A stretch of DNA of 63,553 nucleotides, filler included. It is 5 parts of 5 records of this genome, joined end to end, with 100 filler letters (N's around TTAATTAATTAA, not from the genome) between each part and the next. Parts side by side here need not be neighbours in the genome. Positions count along the whole stretch, not along the records: positions 1 to 17,101 come from SRR20825006_3071; 4 more parts are not named here. One strand, 5' to 3'. Positions 1 to 9,782 of this stretch are shown here, in pieces. Positions within the stretch are counted from its first letter, which is position 1. Every line of letters starts with the position of its first letter. A model generated the notes under the pieces. That model saw only the letters and a list, made by a program, of their open reading frames with translations, was not told the DNA's origin and did no database searches. Both the position numbers and the translations under genes were made by a program.

Positions 1-1
1 G

Positions 2-169
2 GACGACATGCCTGCCCATATCAAGGCCGCGCTGACACAGACCTCGCTCTCCATTCCCGTTTCGGCGGGGCGCATGGCGCTCGGCACATGGCAGGGCATA
101 TATTTGTTCGAGCATCGCGACGCCCCGCATACCCGGCGCGTGGTTGCTCATTTCCTCACATCAGGCTGA
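2..169 (+). CDS. yjbQ: YjbQ/UPF0047 family protein (secondary thiamine-phosphate synthase), 3' part only
   Basis: Manual translation from base 2: DDMPAHIKAALTQTSLSIPV...LGTWQGIYLFEHR, the typical YjbQ C-terminal motifs; TGA at 167-169; not in the ORF track. Confidence 0.9.
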   Translation, partial: DDMPAHIKAALTQTSLSIPVSAGRMALGTWQGIYLFEHRDAPHTRRVVAHFLTSG

Positions 170-772
170 GGATTGCTGGGCGGGCAAGCCAAACGCGCTT
201 CGCAAATGCGCATCGAAGCGTTCGAAGTCTGCCGCGATTGTCGGCGCCTTGGAAACATCATATGCCGCAAAGCTCGGCAGGGCCTGCATACCGAAAAATC
301 GGAAATTCAAATGCACCGGCCAGAGCAGGTCTTCGACGGAGCGACCTTCAAAGAAATTCTGGTTCGGATCGCCAAATGCCATTCGCGGCGCATTGAGTGT
401 GAGCGACAGCATGTATTGCGTTTCGGTCAGGTGACCGCCGCTGCCATATTGGCGGGACGGGTCCTTGCGGCTGCGCCCGTCTCCCTTTGACAGGCGGCCA
501 TCCATACCGGCGGTGTATACCTCATCGAGATAACGTTTCAGAGGCCAGGGCAAGCCCATGGAGTTCAGGGGGAACTGAAAAAGTATCTGACCGGCCCAGA
601 GTTGATTGGCGACCTCTTCTTCCGTGTCCCATCCATCTGCCACATGAGTGGTGCGAATGTTCCAATCGGCCGCCTCGAATATACGCCGAGCGCGTTCGAC
701 AAAGGCAGAGTTCAGTGTACCGGGAGAGGTTGGAAAGGGCTGGTGACCATTGACGATGAGGACATTTGTCAT
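161..772 (-). CDS. NAD(P)H-dependent quinone oxidoreductase, flavodoxin-like fold (MdaB-like)
   Basis: LIVNGH start, QFP..W.LK.Y.DEV, DGRSR.DP...YGSGG and YMLSLT.NAP motifs of the MdaB family. Confidence 0.85.
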   Translation of the reverse strand: MTNVLIVNGHQPFPTSPGTLNSAFVERARRIFEAADWNIRTTHVADGWDTEEEVANQLWAGQILFQFPLNSMGLPWPLKRYLDEVYTAGMDGRLSKGDGRSRKDPSRQYGSGGHLTETQYMLSLTLNAPRMAFGDPNQNFFEGRSVEDLLWPVHLNFRFFGMQALPSFAAYDVSKAPTIAADFERFDAHLRSAFGLPAQQSSA

Positions 773-862
773 CCTCTCCTTCTGGCCGGGCCACTAAAGG
801 ACCGCAACTGCATGGGGCCATAAGTGCTGCTAACAGGGGAGGGTTATGGTCGCGTGAGCGGA

Positions 863-2200
863 TCAGCCGCCCAGTGCTTTCCAGCGTATCATGGCCTCGC
901 ATGTGTTTTCGCCCTGGAAGGCAGACTTGGCGGCGCCATTGAATTGATCGGAGACGGATGCGGCCCAGACCGCAGCGGCCGCGTCATAGGATGTGAATCC
1001 GATCTCGGAAAGGCCACGCTCAATCCGGTTGCAGATCAGGCCGGCAACGTCCGGGTCAGCCGAGCTGTTGAGGTAGGAGATGCGATCTGACAGGTCGAGC
1101 CGTGAGAAGATGTAATCATACACGGTCAGGTCTTCACCAACATCAAAAGCCAGGATGTCGCCTGAAGTGACGCCGGTAAAGTCCGGGTATCCGGTATCCG
1201 AAACACCTGCTGTGAAAATGGACGGGATCGGCTGGTCCAGATACACGGCCCATTGACCGATGGCGCCTTTGCCGCGCGTGTCCTTGATATCATTCGTGTC
1301 CGGCAATTGTGCGGAGACAACGAGGATCGGCTTGTCGCTCCATGCCTTCACGGAAAACGCGCTGACCGATTGCTCCGTGATCGACTGACCGAACAGGGTG
1401 CTGGTGGAGTTATTCAGGAAGTTGGAAGCCTCCATCATCAGGGGCGCATTGAAATAGGTGACCAGTGTGGAAGTCGGTGCGATCAGATTGGCGGCGGTGG
1501 TCAGCGCCCCCATCACATTGGCGCTGGCTGAAGATTCCTTTTCATCCGACAACTGCAGGCGAAAGCGTGCCTCAATGGTCGTGTTGGGTCCGACCTTGAA
1601 GTAAGGCGTGGCATAGACCGAGATGCTTTCGTTCGTCGTCCAGGATTCGCCCTCGCGGTTATTCGAGGAGAAGGTGGAGGAGAAGAGCGCGTTGGTTGCG
1701 GTGATGTCCGGCTTGGCCACATCGAATTCGGCGATCAGGGTGCGGGTAATGCTGCGCGAAGACATCATGCGAGAGAACCAGCCCCGGCTCTCCTCGTCAT
1801 AATTGCGAGCCTCAACTTCCTGACTGCGCACGCCGGACGTCACGCCTTCCATGTCATAAGCGTCGGGTTTCAGCGTGACGATCTGGATGCGCGTGTAACG
1901 GTCCTGCAGCATGTCTCCGAACTCGGAATAGACGGCTGCCTCGTCAATCGCGACATCGATATAGGGGAGGTAGTCCTTGGCGGGCACGGCGCCGCCGCTG
2001 GCGCGGCCCGTATGGCGCCGCACGGTGGGGGTTGGCGCGCCGAGAAAGTCATCATCACCGGGATTGGGTATGCCGCGCACGGGTCCGTTGGGTGCCTGCC
2101 CGTCTGCGGGCGGCGGAGACGCGGGTGCGGGGTCCGGGCTGGACGCGCAGCCGGCGACGATCATTGCGATGGCGATGGCGCTTGCGGACACCTGTTTCAT
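863..2200 (-). CDS. Hypothetical lipoprotein (445 aa)
   Basis: Signal peptide with lipobox VAGC followed by a Pro-rich linker; no recognised domain. Confidence 0.7.
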   Translation of the reverse strand: MKQVSASAIAIAMIVAGCASSPDPAPASPPPADGQAPNGPVRGIPNPGDDDFLGAPTPTVRRHTGRASGGAVPAKDYLPYIDVAIDEAAVYSEFGDMLQDRYTRIQIVTLKPDAYDMEGVTSGVRSQEVEARNYDEESRGWFSRMMSSRSITRTLIAEFDVAKPDITATNALFSSTFSSNNREGESWTTNESISVYATPYFKVGPNTTIEARFRLQLSDEKESSASANVMGALTTAANLIAPTSTLVTYFNAPLMMEASNFLNNSTSTLFGQSITEQSVSAFSVKAWSDKPILVVSAQLPDTNDIKDTRGKGAIGQWAVYLDQPIPSIFTAGVSDTGYPDFTGVTSGDILAFDVGEDLTVYDYIFSRLDLSDRISYLNSSADPDVAGLICNRIERGLSEIGFTSYDAAAAVWAASVSDQFNGAAKSAFQGENTCEAMIRWKALGG

Positions 2201-2417
2201 GTCGTTCTTCCCCTGTATTATTCCCCAGCCTTACAGATTGTTAACAGACGAAATCCTGCAAGGCGACCCATTTTGATACGGAATTCGCGAGATAGGGGTA
2301 TGGGAGCGAGGGTATGTCATGACCTCGCGTGAAGGTGAGGCCCAAGCGTCCAATATCGTCTTTACTCACATTTGCTGCGATGCAATAAGCGCCTTGCGCA
2401 AGGCCGCAGGCCTTCCT

Positions 2418-2438
2418 ATATGCTCACTATGAGCATAA
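2418..2438. promoter_or_regulatory. NadQ-type palindromic operator upstream of panD
   Basis: Perfect inverted repeat TATGCTCA-cta-TGAGCATA (2419-2437), matching the NadQ consensus ttATRCTCannntGAGYATaa as recalled. Confidence 0.75.
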
Positions 2439-2472
2439 TTATGCGCTCATAATAATCCGGGAGGATCCATCC

Positions 2473-2829
2473 TTGTTGCTCAATATGCTGAAAGCGAAAC
2501 TGCATTCTGCGACCGTCACGCAGTGCGACCTTCACTATGAAGGCTCGGTATCGATCGACCAGGACCTGCTGGACGCCTCGGGCATCTTGCCGAATGAGCG
2601 CGTGGATATCTGGAACGTCACCAATGGCGCTCGCATTCAGACCTATGCTTTGGAAGCTCCTCGCGGTTCGAAGACGATCGGTGTGAACGGCGCGGCGGCC
2701 CGCCACTTTGCGGCCGGTGACAAAGTCATCATTGCGGCCTTTGCCGGGATCGATGCCGACAAGGCCCGCCAGCATGCGCCGACCGTTGTGCTGCTGGACG
2801 ACCACAACGAGATCAAGCGCCCCGTCTAG
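2473..2829 (+). CDS. panD: Aspartate 1-decarboxylase
   Basis: MLKAKLH, YEGS self-cleavage site, NGARIQTY and NGAAAR motifs; GGAGG RBS before the TTG start. Confidence 0.97.
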   Translation: MLLNMLKAKLHSATVTQCDLHYEGSVSIDQDLLDASGILPNERVDIWNVTNGARIQTYALEAPRGSKTIGVNGAAARHFAAGDKVIIAAFAGIDADKARQHAPTVVLLDDHNEIKRPV

Positions 2830-2853
2830 CCGGGGCGGTCATCAAACGACAAT

Positions 2854-3837
2854 TCAGTCTTTCAGGACGTTCGCGATGATTTCGAACGAGCGTAGGCGCT
2901 TGTCGACATCATACATGTCGGAGACGATCATCAGCTCGTCGGCCTGTGTGCGGGCGAGCAGGGCCTCGACGCCGCGTTTCACCGTATCCGCGTCCCCGAT
3001 GATGCTGAAATTCAGCATGTGTGACGCGCGCATTTTCTCTTCCGGCGTCCAATAGGTGTCGATGTCGTCAATCGGCGGCTGGGTCAGCTTGCGGTCGCCG
3101 CGCACGAGATTTGCGAACGACATCTGCTGGGAGGTGGCGAGATATTCCGCTTCCTCATTCGTCTCGGCAGCGATGATGTTCACGCCGATCAGGGCATAGG
3201 GGGTCTTCTGCTGATCTGATGGCTGGAAGTTGGCGCGATAGGTAGCCAGCGCATCATCCAGCGCCTGCGGGGCGAAATGGGAGGCAAAGCCATAGGGCAG
3301 GCCATAGGCGGCCGCGACCTGCGCGCCGAACAGGCTGGAGCCGAGGATCCAGAGCGGGACATTCGAATTGGAGCCGGGGACAGCCTCGATCTTCTGGCCG
3401 GGCTCGACCGGGCCGAGAAAGGCCTGCAGTTCCAGCACATCCTGGGGGAAACGGTCGGCGCTGTTGGGATCCCGGCGCAGGGCACGCAGCGTCATCTGGT
3501 CGGTGCCGGGGGCGCGGCCCAAGCCAAGGTCGATTCGGCCCGGATAGAGCGCCTCCAGCGTGCCGAACTGTTCGGCGATGATATAGGGCGCGTGATTGGG
3601 CAGCATGATGCCGCCAGCGCCCACGCGGAGGGTCTTCGTGCCAGCCGCAATGTGCGAAACGACGAGCGAGGTGGCCGCCGTCGTGACGGCCCGCATATTG
3701 TGATGCTCGGCGACCCAGAGCCGCTTGTAGCCCCATGTCTCGGCGTGCTGGCCGAGGCGTCGGGCATCGTTCAGCGCGTCGGCGCGGGTAAAGCCCTCGC
3801 GCACGCGTCCGAGTTCCAGGATCGAAAGTTCAGCCAC
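2854..3837 (-). CDS. LLM-class (luciferase-like) flavin-dependent oxidoreductase
   Basis: WVAEHH, GAGGIMLPNH, EQFGTL...PGRIDLGLGRAPG; start moved to GTG 3837, which has an AAGGGG RBS. Confidence 0.92.
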   Translation of the reverse strand: MAELSILELGRVREGFTRADALNDARRLGQHAETWGYKRLWVAEHHNMRAVTTAATSLVVSHIAAGTKTLRVGAGGIMLPNHAPYIIAEQFGTLEALYPGRIDLGLGRAPGTDQMTLRALRRDPNSADRFPQDVLELQAFLGPVEPGQKIEAVPGSNSNVPLWILGSSLFGAQVAAAYGLPYGFASHFAPQALDDALATYRANFQPSDQQKTPYALIGVNIIAAETNEEAEYLATSQQMSFANLVRGDRKLTQPPIDDIDTYWTPEEKMRASHMLNFSIIGDADTVKRGVEALLARTQADELMIVSDMYDVDKRLRSFEIIANVLKD

Positions 3838-4003
3838 ATCAAGGCCCCTTGCATTGCATCCCTGAGACATGGGGACCGCGCCGCCAAAGCCAAGCCCGGC
3901 TTGCGCAGCGGAAGGGGGGGAGTTGGTCGGAATCGGGCGGTTTCGGTGTTGCCTCGCCTTTCCATCCAAAATAGCCTGAACGCAGTTATTGGGGAGATCC
4001 TGC

Positions 4004-5962
4004 ATGAGAGTATTGGTCCTCGCCGTTCTGGCGGCATGGCTCGGCTTTGGCTTCAACACGGCCAGCGCCGAGGTCACCCATCCGCCGCTGGAAGCCTATG
4101 GCGACCTGCCCTCAATCCGGTACATGGCCCTGTCTCCGGATGGATCGATCGTTGCCTTTGCCGAGCGCCGGGAAGGGGCGGACTATCTGGTCACGTTTGA
4201 CTTCGCGACGCGACAGAAGACCTATCACGTGAAGATCGACGACGTTGCCACGCGTGACATCTGGTTCGCCGATGAGGAGAACATCGTCATCCTTGCTTCG
4301 GAAACGAAGTTCGTGATCGGGTTTCGGGGGGAGTTTGAATATTCGGGCGCTTTCTCTTTCAGTCTGAAGACTAAGAAACTGACATTCTTGTTGAGGGGTA
4401 CGGACAACATCTATCCAGCCCAGGGCGATCTTGGGCGGATTGTCGGTGACGATGCCGACCCCGGCTACATCTTCATGCCGGCTTATGTCGGAGATCGCTA
4501 TTCTCATCCGAATTACAGCCTGCTGCGCGTCAATTTGAAGACCGGCAAAGGAAGACGGTTCAAGAGCGGTGTCGACAATACGGTTGATTGGTTCGTGGAC
4601 AAGGATGGGACGGTACTTGCGCGGGAGGACTATAATAACACCACGGATACCTACAGGGTTTATACCTATGTGAACGGGAAGCGTGAGCTCATCTATGAAC
4701 TCGAAACATCGCAACTGCCCCCCGGTGTCACGGGTATCAAGGCTGACCGGTCCGCCTTGCTGTTTTCCGACGGTAGTGATGCCGATGATTCCGGAAACGT
4801 TTATGAGCTCGATTTCTCGGGGCATTTGACGCCTGCATCGCTCGGCGGGAAGGGCGGTACGATCGAGCGGATCATCAAGGATGGGAACCGGTTCGTTCTC
4901 GGTGTCGAATATTCCGGCGCAGTGCCCTCGTACAAGTTTTATGATCCGGATGTGGACGCGGCCGTCTCGGGCATGGTGAACCAGTTTTCCACGGCCTCCG
5001 TAAATCTCGTATCCTGGACCGATGACTGGTCGAAGCTACTCTACCTGATCTATGGCAGCGACACGCCCGGCAGTTATGTCCTGCAGGATCGGGAAACCGG
5101 CCAAATGATGCTCGTCGCGGATGAGCGTGACAACATACCCCCAGACGCCGTCGGCCAGATGGTTTCTGTCAATTATAAAGCCCGGGATGGGCTCAACATT
5201 CCGTCGATCCTGACCTGGCCGGCAGGCGTGGATATTGAAACGGCCAGCAAGCTGCCTCTGGTCGTGATGCCACATGGCGGACCAGAATCGTATGACGCGG
5301 TGGGGTTCGATTGGATGGCGCAGTATTTCGCCAATCGGGGCTACCTCGTGCTTCAGCCGAATTTCCGGGGGTCGTCAGGCTACGGAACTGAGCACCGGAT
5401 TCTCGGCAAGGGGGAGTGGGGCGGCAAGATGCAGGATGACATCACTGATGGCGTGCAGACGCTGGTGGAGCAGGGCCTGGCAGACCCGACACGTGTCTGC
5501 ATTGTCGGGGCCAGCTATGGCGGCTATGCGGCGCTCGCGGGCGGTGCGTTCACACCTGACCTGTACAAATGCGTCGTGGCGATTGCACCCGTGTCGGACA
5601 TTCGACCCCTCCTCGTGGATGTGAAGTGGGATAATGGGCGCAAGCATTGGGCGCTGGACTACTGGCAGGAAAACATAGGCGATCTTGATGAAGAGCGCGA
5701 GAAGCTGGATGCTATCTCGCCAGCCAGAGCCGCAGACAAGTTCACGGCACCCGTACTGTTGATCCATGGCAATGACGACACCGTCGTGCCGATCAAGCAG
5801 AGCGAGATCATGGAACGGGCTCTCGAAAAAGCCGGCAAGGATGTGACCTTCCTCGAACTGGAAGGTGAGGATCACTGGATGTCGGATGGCGATACGCGAA
5901 TTGACGCATTACGCGCTATGGCGACATTCATAGACCAGCATATCGGCGCTGAAGCCGAGTAG
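4004..5962 (+). CDS. Secreted S9 (prolyl oligopeptidase family) peptidase
   Basis: Signal peptide; HGGP, NFRGSSGYG, GASYGG (catalytic Ser), HG.DD.VV and EDH catalytic triad. Confidence 0.93.
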   Translation: MRVLVLAVLAAWLGFGFNTASAEVTHPPLEAYGDLPSIRYMALSPDGSIVAFAERREGADYLVTFDFATRQKTYHVKIDDVATRDIWFADEENIVILASETKFVIGFRGEFEYSGAFSFSLKTKKLTFLLRGTDNIYPAQGDLGRIVGDDADPGYIFMPAYVGDRYSHPNYSLLRVNLKTGKGRRFKSGVDNTVDWFVDKDGTVLAREDYNNTTDTYRVYTYVNGKRELIYELETSQLPPGVTGIKADRSALLFSDGSDADDSGNVYELDFSGHLTPASLGGKGGTIERIIKDGNRFVLGVEYSGAVPSYKFYDPDVDAAVSGMVNQFSTASVNLVSWTDDWSKLLYLIYGSDTPGSYVLQDRETGQMMLVADERDNIPPDAVGQMVSVNYKARDGLNIPSILTWPAGVDIETASKLPLVVMPHGGPESYDAVGFDWMAQYFANRGYLVLQPNFRGSSGYGTEHRILGKGEWGGKMQDDITDGVQTLVEQGLADPTRVCIVGASYGGYAALAGGAFTPDLYKCVVAIAPVSDIRPLLVDVKWDNGRKHWALDYWQENIGDLDEEREKLDAISPARAADKFTAPVLLIHGNDDTVVPIKQSEIMERALEKAGKDVTFLELEGEDHWMSDGDTRIDALRAMATFIDQHIGAEAE

Positions 5963-5968
5963 GGGCGC

Positions 5969-7015
5969 CTAGAACCCAACCGGCGCGGGCAGGCCCGTGC
6001 TCGACAGGCAGATCGCCTTGAAGCGGCTGCCCATGTCTTTCGGGTCGATCAGCCGCTGGGCATTGTTGAAGATCGCGTCGGCATGGTCGGGATTGGCCTC
6101 GACCAGCTGGTTGAGCCGTGCCTGTGCCCCGAGCCCCATCAGGAACATGCCCTGCGGTGTCGGCCCGGCCACATCCAGTCCCATGCGCGCGGCAAGCCGT
6201 TTCAGGCGTCCGAAATCCACGTCCACGGTCAAATCGGTTTCGCCGGGGCGGGCGAGGGGGGAGACCTGCTCGCCCTGGCTGAAGGCGCGGAGGCTGTCGC
6301 CCGGCGTCGCATCGGCGGGGCCGTAGTCAATGAACAGCGCGCGCATCGGCGCGGGGCGGGTGAGGAGGTCTGCAATCAACAGGTCGAAGCCGATCTGGAC
6401 CTCGACCGCCTCTGACGTTTCGGCGGCGCCATCGGGCGCGCGCTGCTCGTCGGCGGCAAGACCGAAGGCCAGCGCTCCGTCCGCATCCAGCCCGACCACG
6501 CATTCGCGCCACTGGCCATCCGCCTTGCGGAACTGGCGGGCGGGCAGGCAGTCGAGATATTCATTCGCGACCAAGATCATCGGCCCGGCGGGCACATTGC
6601 CGAGCGTGTCGGCAAAAGACGGCGTATAATCGCTGAGACGCTCTGCCTGCACCTTGCGCAATTCCGGGCTCGGCTCGACGAGGGTGAGTTTGGCGGCATC
6701 GGCAAATTCGCGGCCGCCCGCGACATAGGCGAGGCGCAGCGCATCCGCCATCAGCGTGCCGCGACCGGGACCAATCTCGACCAGATGAAACGAGTCCGGC
6801 GCGCCCATGGCCCGCCATTCATTCACGACCCACAGGCCGATCAGTTCGCCGAAGACCTGGCTGACTTCCGGCGCCGTGATGAAATCAGTGCCAAGGCCGG
6901 GGCGCGTGGCATAATAGCCTTGGGCCGAGTCATGCAGGGCAAGCTGCATATAGGTCGAAACCGGGATGGGGCCGCCGGTCTCGATCAGGCGGATGATGCG
7001 ATCCTTGAGGGTCAT
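5969..7015 (-). CDS. SAM-dependent methyltransferase, MidA/NDUFAF7 family
   Basis: GYY...DFITAPE.SQ.FGE, EIGPGRGTL, ANEYLD.LP and MG.RFK motifs; usual neighbour of lgt. Confidence 0.92.
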   Translation of the reverse strand: MTLKDRIIRLIETGGPIPVSTYMQLALHDSAQGYYATRPGLGTDFITAPEVSQVFGELIGLWVVNEWRAMGAPDSFHLVEIGPGRGTLMADALRLAYVAGGREFADAAKLTLVEPSPELRKVQAERLSDYTPSFADTLGNVPAGPMILVANEYLDCLPARQFRKADGQWRECVVGLDADGALAFGLAADEQRAPDGAAETSEAVEVQIGFDLLIADLLTRPAPMRALFIDYGPADATPGDSLRAFSQGEQVSPLARPGETDLTVDVDFGRLKRLAARMGLDVAGPTPQGMFLMGLGAQARLNQLVEANPDHADAIFNNAQRLIDPKDMGSRFKAICLSSTGLPAPVGF

Positions 7016-7022
7016 GGGCAGA

Positions 7023-7979
7023 TCAGTCCGCGGCTACAGGCTTTGTCTTCAGCGCATTCCAGACCAGCCAGGCGCCGCCGATCCACATCGGGATGGAGAG
7101 CAGCTGGCCCATCGTGATCCAGTCCGGCAGGCCCTCGACGAAACTGTCGGGCAGGCGGAAATTCTCCACGATGGTACGGCCGGTCGCATAGATCAGCAGG
7201 AACAGGCCGGCGATAAGGCCGGGCCGCTTCAGCGCACCAAAGCGCCAGATCAGGATCGATCCCACAATCAGCGGTAACCAACCCTCCAGCACGCTTTCAT
7301 ACAGCTGGCTGGGGTGGCGGGCGGTCTCGAAGTCTGTATAGGCCCATTCGCCTGTATCCCAATTATAGGCCGGCGGCGTCGAGCCGCGCACATAACCTTC
7401 CGGGAACACCATGCCGATGGGCGCATCCGTGTGGCGACCATAGAGTTCGGCGTTCACGAAATTGGCGAGTCGGACGAGGCCGATGCCAATAGGCGCGACG
7501 ACGCCGGCAATATCGCCAATCGAGAGCAGAGACACTTTGCGACGGCGCGCGAACAGGATAAGCGCGATGGTAACGCCCAGAATGCCGCCATGAAATGCCA
7601 TGCCCCCATCCCAGATCTTGAAAATGGTCAGCGGGTTCGCCGCGATCACGTCGAACTGGTAGGGCACCATGTAGAACAGGACATAGCCGAACCGTCCGCC
7701 GAGAATGATGCCGACAATGATCCAGAACATGATGTCGTCGAGCTGGTCCTTGGTCAGCGGGCTGGTGCCGCCAAACAGGCGCGGACGCCGGATCATCGCG
7801 CTGGCATACCACCAGGCAAGCGCGATTCCGGCCATGTAGCCGAGCGCGTACCAGCGCAAATGGAAGGTGCCGAGGCCAAGAAAGCCGAGATCAATGGAGA
7901 CCAGCGCCGGACTGACATCCGGGAAGGTCAGCGCCGCAGCGGGCAGGAGGGTTGCAGCGAAGCTCATCATATCCAGCAT
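7023..7979 (-). CDS. lgt: Prolipoprotein diacylglyceryl transferase
   Basis: RWYAL, GGRFGYVLFY, GGMAFHGG, R.ANFVNAELYGR and RHPSQLYE motifs. Confidence 0.97.
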   Translation of the reverse strand: MLDMMSFAATLLPAAALTFPDVSPALVSIDLGFLGLGTFHLRWYALGYMAGIALAWWYASAMIRRPRLFGGTSPLTKDQLDDIMFWIIVGIILGGRFGYVLFYMVPYQFDVIAANPLTIFKIWDGGMAFHGGILGVTIALILFARRRKVSLLSIGDIAGVVAPIGIGLVRLANFVNAELYGRHTDAPIGMVFPEGYVRGSTPPAYNWDTGEWAYTDFETARHPSQLYESVLEGWLPLIVGSILIWRFGALKRPGLIAGLFLLIYATGRTIVENFRLPDSFVEGLPDWITMGQLLSIPMWIGGAWLVWNALKTKPVAAD

Positions 7980-8064
7980 GCAGCGTCTTTTCCCTGTATG
8001 GATAAGGACCTATCTGTTAGGGGACCGAGAACTTGTCCGCCCGATGCCGCGAAGGAGTAGCCGC

Positions 8065-8316
8065 ATGGCCACAACAAATCCACTGCTAGATGACATTGCA
8101 GGTCTGATGACCGGCGCAATGGGTGCTGCACGGGCCGCAAGCGAAGAGGCGAAGACCGCTGCCCAGGCCCGCGTGAAGGGCCTGATCGCCGATATGGACC
8201 TGGCGGGCCGCGACGAAGTCGAGGCACTGAAGACGCTCGCCACGGCGGCGCTGGAGCGTGTCGAAGCGCTGGAAGCGCGTGTGGCAGAGCTCGAAACGGC
8301 CGCAAAATCCAAATAG
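8065..8316 (+). CDS. ubiK: UbiK/BMFP family accessory factor
   Basis: 83-aa coiled-coil protein (MDL..RDE.EA.K...LEARVAELE), AAGGAG RBS, divergent from lgt as is typical in alphaproteobacteria. Confidence 0.8.
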   Translation: MATTNPLLDDIAGLMTGAMGAARAASEEAKTAAQARVKGLIADMDLAGRDEVEALKTLATAALERVEALEARVAELETAAKSK

Positions 8317-8445
8317 CGCAACCCACAGACTTTATATGCCTACCTGTTGTTCGGGGTGGACGCAGACCCTGCGCCGCGTTTCAACGGGGATGGCCATTGG
8401 GCACGAATCCTGTGTCCATGACTTCAGAAAGAAGGGGAGACTTTC

Positions 8446-8949
8446 ATGAGCCTTGATCTTTCACGCGAAGAATTCGAAGGGATCGATCCGCTCGATCGCG
8501 TCGAAGAGGCCCTCGAAATCGCCGGGTGGCAACACGAACGCGACGAAGAAGGCACTATTCAGGCTGTGGCTGAGACCCGTTGGGGTGATATGGGCGCGCT
8601 GTTTGCGTTTCGCCCTGAGCCAGCCGCGATCCACTTTTCCGTCACCCTCGACATCAAGCCGATTGCCGATAAACGCCGTCAGCTGTCCGAACTGATCATC
8701 ATGGCCAATGAGCGCCTCTGGCTCGGCCACTTTGATTACTGGGCAGACGAAGGTGTGGTCATTTTCCGATATACCTTTTCCATGATGGATCGGGATGAAG
8801 CCTCGCTGGGCGAGCTCCGTTCGACCATCGCGGCGGCCGTCAGCGCCGTTGACCGGTTTGTGCCTGCGTTCAACTTCCTGATCTGGGCTGGCAAGAGCCC
8901 ACGCGAAGCGATGGATGCGGTCATGTTCGAAACCCACGGCGAAGCCTGA
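8446..8949 (+). CDS. YbjN domain protein
   Basis: NERLWLGHFD.W, PAFNF..WAGKS..EA...FET.GEA; sits between ubiK and proC. Confidence 0.85.
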   Translation: MSLDLSREEFEGIDPLDRVEEALEIAGWQHERDEEGTIQAVAETRWGDMGALFAFRPEPAAIHFSVTLDIKPIADKRRQLSELIIMANERLWLGHFDYWADEGVVIFRYTFSMMDRDEASLGELRSTIAAAVSAVDRFVPAFNFLIWAGKSPREAMDAVMFETHGEA

Positions 8950-8959
8950 GACCCGGCGC

Positions 8960-9769
8960 GTGGCGGCGGCACAGTCAATTGTCCTGATCGGGGCAGGCCG
9001 CATGGGCGGCGCACTGGCGTCCGGTTGGCTGTCGGGGCGATCCAAGCCTAGTATTTCCATCGTCGCGCCGCGCCCGACCCCGCAAGTGCAAGAGTGGGCT
9101 GAAGCCGGCCGCATCACGCTCAACCCGGACCCGTCGCCTGCGCGCATCGTCGTTCTGGGTATCAAGCCCCAGCAATTCACGCGCGCTGCTGAAAGCATCA
9201 AGCAATACATCGATGAGAGAACATTGGTGATCTCTGTCATGGGCGGGATCAAGCTGAGCCAGCTCGAAGACCGCCTCGGCACACCGCATGTGATCCGCGC
9301 CATGCCGAACACGCCGGGGTCCGTCGGCAAGGGCGTCACGCTGCTGTCGGCGGCCTCGTCGCTGGGCTCTGTGGATATTGAAACCGCCCGCAAGCTGCTC
9401 ACACCGCTCGGGCTGGTCGAAGGGCCGATGGACGAGAAGACGATGGTTGCCGCGACTGGCATTTCAGGATGCGGCCCGGCCTATGTCTTCCTGCTTGCTG
9501 AGGTGATGGCCGAAGCCGGAGAGGCCGAAGGCGTGCCAAAGGACATGGCGGCGCGCCTTGCCATCGAGACGATCATCGGCGCGGCGGCCCTGATGGAACA
9601 CTCTGGCCAGACTCCAAATGCGCTCAGAAAAATGGTCACTTCCCCCGGCGGCATCACCCAGGCCGCTCTTGACATCCTTATGGATGACGGTGGGATGCCT
9701 ATATTGCTGAGGAAAGCCCTGCGCGCTGCTGTGACCCGCGACCGGGAGCTTTCCAGAGAGCCGGATTAG
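8960..9769 (+). CDS. proC: Pyrroline-5-carboxylate reductase
   Basis: GAGRMGGA, KPQ, RAMPNTP, SGCGPAY and VTSPGG motifs; start (GTG 8960) approximate. Confidence 0.95.
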   Translation: MAAAQSIVLIGAGRMGGALASGWLSGRSKPSISIVAPRPTPQVQEWAEAGRITLNPDPSPARIVVLGIKPQQFTRAAESIKQYIDERTLVISVMGGIKLSQLEDRLGTPHVIRAMPNTPGSVGKGVTLLSAASSLGSVDIETARKLLTPLGLVEGPMDEKTMVAATGISGCGPAYVFLLAEVMAEAGEAEGVPKDMAARLAIETIIGAAALMEHSGQTPNALRKMVTSPGGITQAALDILMDDGGMPILLRKALRAAVTRDRELSREPD

Positions 9770-9782
9770 AGGACAGTTACCG

